From the IMG/VR virus record IMGVR_UViG_3300032318_001790, positions 1 through 39,786 of that record: DNA of 39,786 nucleotides, one strand, 5' to 3'. This DNA is from a virus. Lineage: Duplodnaviria > Caudoviricetes. The notes below the pieces were generated by a model. The model saw only the letters and a list, made by a program, of their open reading frames with translations. It ran no database searches and was not told the DNA's origin. This document shows, one piece after another, positions 36,801 to 39,786 of this stretch. A program made the translations under genes and the position numbers. Position 1 is the stretch's first letter. Each line of letters begins with the position of its first letter.

Positions 36801-37481
36801 ATGAAACTACTCGCAACCAACACCAAATTGGAAAAGGGCGCAAGCTACGGCTGGCGCACACTCGGACTCTCACTCTCTCCCGCCAGTAAAAGCGGAAAAC
36901 AATTCTGTCCGCATCGTTCTCCAGGGTGTGAATTTGTTTGCCTTGATGAATCGGGCATGGGCATTTTTCAGAACGTGCAAGACGCACGCCTTGCAAAATC
37001 GCGTTACTTCATCGACAACCGCAACACATTTGTCGCGCAATTAAACCGCGAGATTCACAACGCAGAAAAACTTTCCACGCGCACGAAAATTCCCGTTGCT
37101 GTTCGTCCGAATGTCTTGTCTGATCTTCCGTGGCATAACCTCATCGACATGGCGCGTTTTCCTTCCATTCAGTTTTACGACTACACGCCGAACCTTGAGC
37201 GCATGATGCAATTCCTGCGCGGCGAGTTGCCGAAAAATTATCATCTTACTTTCTCGCGCAAGGAAAATAATCAGCACAAGGTTCATGCTGTCATCGCGGC
37301 TGGCGGCAACGTGGCCGTGGCGTTTAATCGCTTACCGGAAACATACCTTGGCTTGCCTGTCATCGACGGCGACAAAAGCGATCTGCGCTTTCTCGATCCC
37401 AAAGGTGTCATAGTTGGACTCAAAGCCAAGGGCAAAGGTAAAAAAGATGCCTCTGGATTCGTGGTGCAAGTTGGCGTATAA
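36801..37481 (+). CDS. GP88-family protein (Cys-cluster, radical-SAM-like), 226 aa
   Basis: Start moved to ATG 36801; NTKLEK, LSLSPA, CPHRSPGC...CL, VRPNVLSD..W, QFYDYT, NYHLTFS, IDGD.SDLRFLDP.GVIVGLKAKG recognised as the phage gene-product-88 family. Confidence 0.75.
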   Translation: MKLLATNTKLEKGASYGWRTLGLSLSPASKSGKQFCPHRSPGCEFVCLDESGMGIFQNVQDARLAKSRYFIDNRNTFVAQLNREIHNAEKLSTRTKIPVAVRPNVLSDLPWHNLIDMARFPSIQFYDYTPNLERMMQFLRGELPKNYHLTFSRKENNQHKVHAVIAAGGNVAVAFNRLPETYLGLPVIDGDKSDLRFLDPKGVIVGLKAKGKGKKDASGFVVQVGV

Positions 37482-37490
37482 TGAACACCT

Positions 37491-37562
37491 ATGGAAATAA
37501 TCTGTCTGCTTGTCGTCGTGGCGGCTTGTGCCTTTGCAATCAATCAAAATCAAAAACTATGA
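37491..37562 (+). CDS. 23-aa hydrophobic peptide
   Basis: MEIICLLVVVAACAFAINQNQKL; ATGA overlap with next ORF. Confidence 0.4.
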   Translation: MEIICLLVVVAACAFAINQNQKL

Positions 37563-37717
37563 CACTCAACCTAATCGCACGAAAAAATCTTTTCCGCTTG
37601 TCGGAAGGACTGTTCAGCCTCGGACAAAAATCGGAACGTCACGGCTTTATGACACTCTCGAAAATGTTTGTCATAGGGTGGGAGCGTTGCCTTGACTTGC
37701 GCGACAGGCTGCGGTAA
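37559..37717 (+). CDS. Small early protein (52 aa; alternative start 37481)
   Basis: MTLNLIARKNLFRLSEG...; TAA stop abuts E4. Confidence 0.55.
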   Translation: MTLNLIARKNLFRLSEGLFSLGQKSERHGFMTLSKMFVIGWERCLDLRDRLR

Positions 37718-37796
37718 CGTAAGACGTTGAAAATCAACGGGTTACGACGGCGCGCCCCGCCGCCCGTCGTAAGTGCTTGACGTTCAGCAACTTATG
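37718..37796. repeat. 79-bp double-palindrome element E4
   Basis: cgtaagacgttgaaaatcaacgggttacg + acggcgcgccccgccgcccgt + cgtaagtgcttgacgttcagcaacttatg. Confidence 0.95.
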
Positions 37797-37949
37797 CATT
37801 TATAAAAAATAGAAAATCGTCAGTAGAAATAGATAAATAATTACTATGTCTTAATTGTTACTATTTGCCCCATATCTATTTCGCAATTTTCTGGCAAACT
37901 TGTCAAGCATAAAAATACAAAAATAAAAAATAAAAATACAAAAAATATC

Positions 37950-37977
37950 TTGTGTTTTTTCAGATGTGTGATATTCT
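37950..37977 (+). promoter_or_regulatory. Leaderless promoter P12
   Basis: TTGTGT-N16(TGTGA)-TATTCT, 7 nt to ATG 37985, phased A-tracts upstream. Confidence 0.7.
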
Positions 37978-37984
37978 TTCTTTG

Positions 37985-38179
37985 ATGAATAAACAAACCA
38001 CCAAGTGCCCCAAGTGCGGGGGAAAAGCCACATCAACCTACGAGCCACCCTATCAGGAATACGCTGGAGCCAGCGTGCAGGGCGGCTACTACTACGTCGA
38101 GTGCGCGTGCGGTCACGAGGGCACCCAGAAGGCCAGCCTAGAGGACTACAACTGGCAAGAGAACACAAGGGGTTGGTAA
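37985..38179 (+). CDS. Small Zn-finger protein (64 aa)
   Basis: CPKCGG...ECACGH; stop inside E5. Confidence 0.75.
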   Translation: MNKQTTKCPKCGGKATSTYEPPYQEYAGASVQGGYYYVECACGHEGTQKASLEDYNWQENTRGW

Positions 38180-38253
38180 CCCCTTAATTCTCAATCAGTT
38201 ACGCTGGCGCGCCCCGCCGCGCGGCGTAAGTGCTTGATATTCAACACGTTACG
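38175..38253. repeat. 79-bp double-palindrome element E5
   Basis: ggtaaccccttaattctcaatcagttacg + ctggcgcgccccgccgcgcgg + cgtaagtgcttgatattcaacacgttacg. Confidence 0.95.
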
Positions 38254-38263
38254 CAAAATGTAG

Positions 38264-38280
38264 AGCAGGAAGCGTGCCAA
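38264..38280 (-). promoter_or_regulatory. Sigma54 -24/-12 promoter facing E5
   Basis: Minus strand TTGGCACGCTTCCTGCT; +1 at 38253. Confidence 0.75.
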
Positions 38281-38335
38281 GTCCGAATCTTTTTTTCGTC
38301 AACAAAAATACTTTCTAAAAATGCAAAAAAAATCG

Positions 38336-38363
38336 TTGCACTCTCGCGCCCTGCTGCTATTCT
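38336..38363 (+). promoter_or_regulatory. Leaderless promoter P13
   Basis: TTGCAC-N16(TGC)-TATTCT, 6 nt to ATG 38370. Confidence 0.7.
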
Positions 38364-38369
38364 TTACCC

Positions 38370-38504
38370 ATGCAAGCGAACTCCATCATCACTGACGACT
38401 TCAACACGCAAATCCAAAGCGACGAGTTTGCCTCGGAATTTGAGGCTTGGCTCGACGAGCAGGAACTGAAATACTGGCAGGACATCGACGCTCGCGGAAA
38501 TTAA
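38370..38504 (+). CDS. Very acidic peptide, family D (44 aa)
   Basis: Not in ORF track; MQANSIITDDFNTQIQSDEFASEFEAWLDEQELKYWQDIDARGN. Confidence 0.75.
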   Translation: MQANSIITDDFNTQIQSDEFASEFEAWLDEQELKYWQDIDARGN

Positions 38505-38508
38505 TTTT

Positions 38509-38685
38509 ATGACAAACACAAACCCACTCAAAGGCCTCGTCTCCGTTTGCTGCGGAGCCGAACACGACATCAACGCCGAACACGGCATCAAAAACGAAAC
38601 CGCAATCGGTGGCTGCTCGGCTTGCGGACGCTACTCGGAGTTTGACATCTTCGAGAACTTCGTTGAAAACAACCTTGACCTCTAA
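38509..38685 (+). CDS. Small Zn-binding protein (58 aa)
   Basis: Not in ORF track; VSVCCGA...GGCSACGRYSEF. Confidence 0.75.
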   Translation: MTNTNPLKGLVSVCCGAEHDINAEHGIKNETAIGGCSACGRYSEFDIFENFVENNLDL

Positions 38686-38703
38686 ACCCTCAACACCTAA
38701 ACT
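38675..38703 (+). promoter_or_regulatory. Short-leader promoter P14
   Basis: TTGACC-N17-TAAACT, 9 nt to ATG 38713. Confidence 0.6.
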
Positions 38704-38712
38704 CTAAAACTT

Positions 38713-39159
38713 ATGAACCAAGCAAACATCGTAATCAGCGCATACGGCAACGGCATTGCCGTTGGCCTTCACGGCACACGCGAAGAAATCGAAAAAAACT
38801 TCAACCGCTTCTTCAACTGGGGCGCAACTGGAATCGGAGAACTCGGAGACTACTTACACGACCTCTCGGATAACTTCTCCTACTTCCTCTCCACGGAAAC
38901 GGATATGCTTCGCGCTATGACATACGAGACTATGACAAAGTGGCAGGACTCTCCGGTAAGCGAGCAATACAAAGCGCGCCCACGTTTCTACAAGAAACCA
39001 AACGGAACAAAGTTTCGCACCGATGCCGTAGGTGCTGCGCGTGACGAATACGAATCTTTCCCGCGTGAAAGTTTCATGCTCCAGATGAAATCACCCTCAC
39101 ACATCTATCAGCAACTCGACGGCGGTGCGCCTTCGTGGAGTAGCGAAACGGAGGACTAA
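38713..39159 (+). CDS. Hypothetical protein (148 aa)
   Basis: Clean ORF after P14. Confidence 0.75.
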   Translation: MNQANIVISAYGNGIAVGLHGTREEIEKNFNRFFNWGATGIGELGDYLHDLSDNFSYFLSTETDMLRAMTYETMTKWQDSPVSEQYKARPRFYKKPNGTKFRTDAVGAARDEYESFPRESFMLQMKSPSHIYQQLDGGAPSWSSETED

Positions 39160-39162
39160 TAT

Positions 39163-39612
39163 ATGGAAATACCACCCATTAAATTATTCGATGTTATTCT
39201 TAATCCAATTCTTAAAAAATCATGGATTCATTTTGAGATTGAAGCTACGGACGAGGCAGGAAGAAAGTATTATGAAAGCTCTCATAGCTATGGCGTTTTT
39301 GCTCCTCCTTATCCTGCTTTCCCATGCTATGCTGGAGAAAATCATCTTACAAATAAACATCCTTATGGTCATACATTAGAACCTTTTGATGTTAATAAAA
39401 TAATGAGAAGACTTAACTCTTACGAATGGATCGCTGGGGTTAAATCAATTAAGTTTAGCAATCAAGTTTATGTTTGTCATAAAACTTATATTGTTTGGCA
39501 ATTTGCAAATAAAAAAGTAGAAGGAACATCCCATTTTGAAATAAAAGAGCTACCTAAAGATAAAAAAAATGTTTATGTTTGTGATGAACAAAGATATCTC
39601 TTAAGTGATTGA
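39163..39612 (+). CDS. Hypothetical protein (149 aa), AT-rich
   Basis: Clean ORF; composition differs from neighbours; stop inside E6. Confidence 0.7.
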   Translation: MEIPPIKLFDVILNPILKKSWIHFEIEATDEAGRKYYESSHSYGVFAPPYPAFPCYAGENHLTNKHPYGHTLEPFDVNKIMRRLNSYEWIAGVKSIKFSNQVYVCHKTYIVWQFANKKVEGTSHFEIKELPKDKKNVYVCDEQRYLLSD

Positions 39613-39678
39613 TAATCAAAGACTTACGGCGGCGCGCCCGGCGAATCGTCGTAAGTCATTGAGCCACAGGACTTTGTG
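39600..39678. repeat. 79-bp double-palindrome element E6 (right end degenerate)
   Basis: cttaagtgattgataatcaaagacttacg + gcggcgcgcccggcgaatcgt + cgtaagtcattgagccacaggactttgtg. Confidence 0.85.
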
Positions 39679-39786
39679 GATTATACTTTAGGGTGCTAAT
39701 CATTGAAGCCAATTTGACAATTGATTCTGCAAAGTCTTTGTTCTTATTCTTCATTTTGTTGATAAGCTGTTCCCTAATCTCTGGAT

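Noticed and set aside
37882-37897. Sigma54 site next to E4 (minus strand TTTGCCAGAAAATTGC)
   Set aside because: Lacks the invariant GG and lies about 85 bp from the element; no convincing site next to E6 either.
33212-38591. Minus-strand ORFs in the early region and the long upstream starts given for 33713, 34826, 36591 and 37952
   Set aside because: Antisense to promoter-linked genes; the extended starts run through elements or promoters, whereas ATGs 6-7 nt after the -10 boxes fit consistently.
33654-39678. 79-bp elements as a CRISPR array
   Set aside because: Copies are separated by 0.4-1.5 kb of genes, the 21-bp cores are similar to each other and not unique spacers, and no cas genes are present.
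33654-39678. Elements as classical integron attC or Xer dif sites
   Set aside because: No consistent RYYYAAC...GTTRRRY ends or extrahelical-base pattern, no XerD-arm TTATGTTAAAT match, and no integrase in the window; kept only as an analogy.
33654-39678. Elements as ordinary intrinsic terminators
   Set aside because: The GC core can form a hairpin in some copies but there is no following U tract, and a terminator would not explain the fixed 29+21+29 layout.
1-39786. tRNA, rRNA, introns/inteins, alternative genetic code
   Set aside because: No cloverleaf or rRNA-like tract seen by eye, core genes are uninterrupted, and standard-code ORFs tile the window; small RNAs could have been missed without a covariance search.

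Overview
About 40 kb of a tailed dsDNA phage (Caudoviricetes) genome with two distinct parts. (1) 1-32438 is AT-rich and mostly on the minus strand. It holds the late/morphogenesis block (tail tube, neck proteins, major capsid, decoration protein, prohead protease-scaffold, endolysin/holin/spanin-like lysis genes, a long tail-fibre/receptor-binding cluster, portal, large terminase), then an ERCC4 nuclease, a phage sigma factor, PhoH, Hsp20 and two glycosyltransferases. A GTGTAA motif sits just upstream of many late genes and is a candidate promoter for the phage sigma factor. (2) 32700-39786 is more GC-rich, entirely plus-strand and looks like an early region. It is built from six modules of very small genes driven by about 14 leaderless sigma70-type promoters. 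Each module ends in an exactly 79-bp element (29-bp palindrome + 21-bp GC core + 29-bp palindrome) whose palindrome halves match or approximate the IHF consensus WATCAANNNNTTR. Three elements carry a reverse-facing sigma54 -24/-12 promoter whose predicted +1 falls exactly on the element's last base, and one element has its core inverted. The heptamer TATGACA is strongly enriched in this region only, and four paralogous mini-gene pairs are spread across different modules. This repeated architecture is the best candidate for an undescribed system. All product calls come from motifs and gene order read by eye; no database search was run. No tRNA, rRNA, CRISPR array, integrase or reverse transcriptase was seen.
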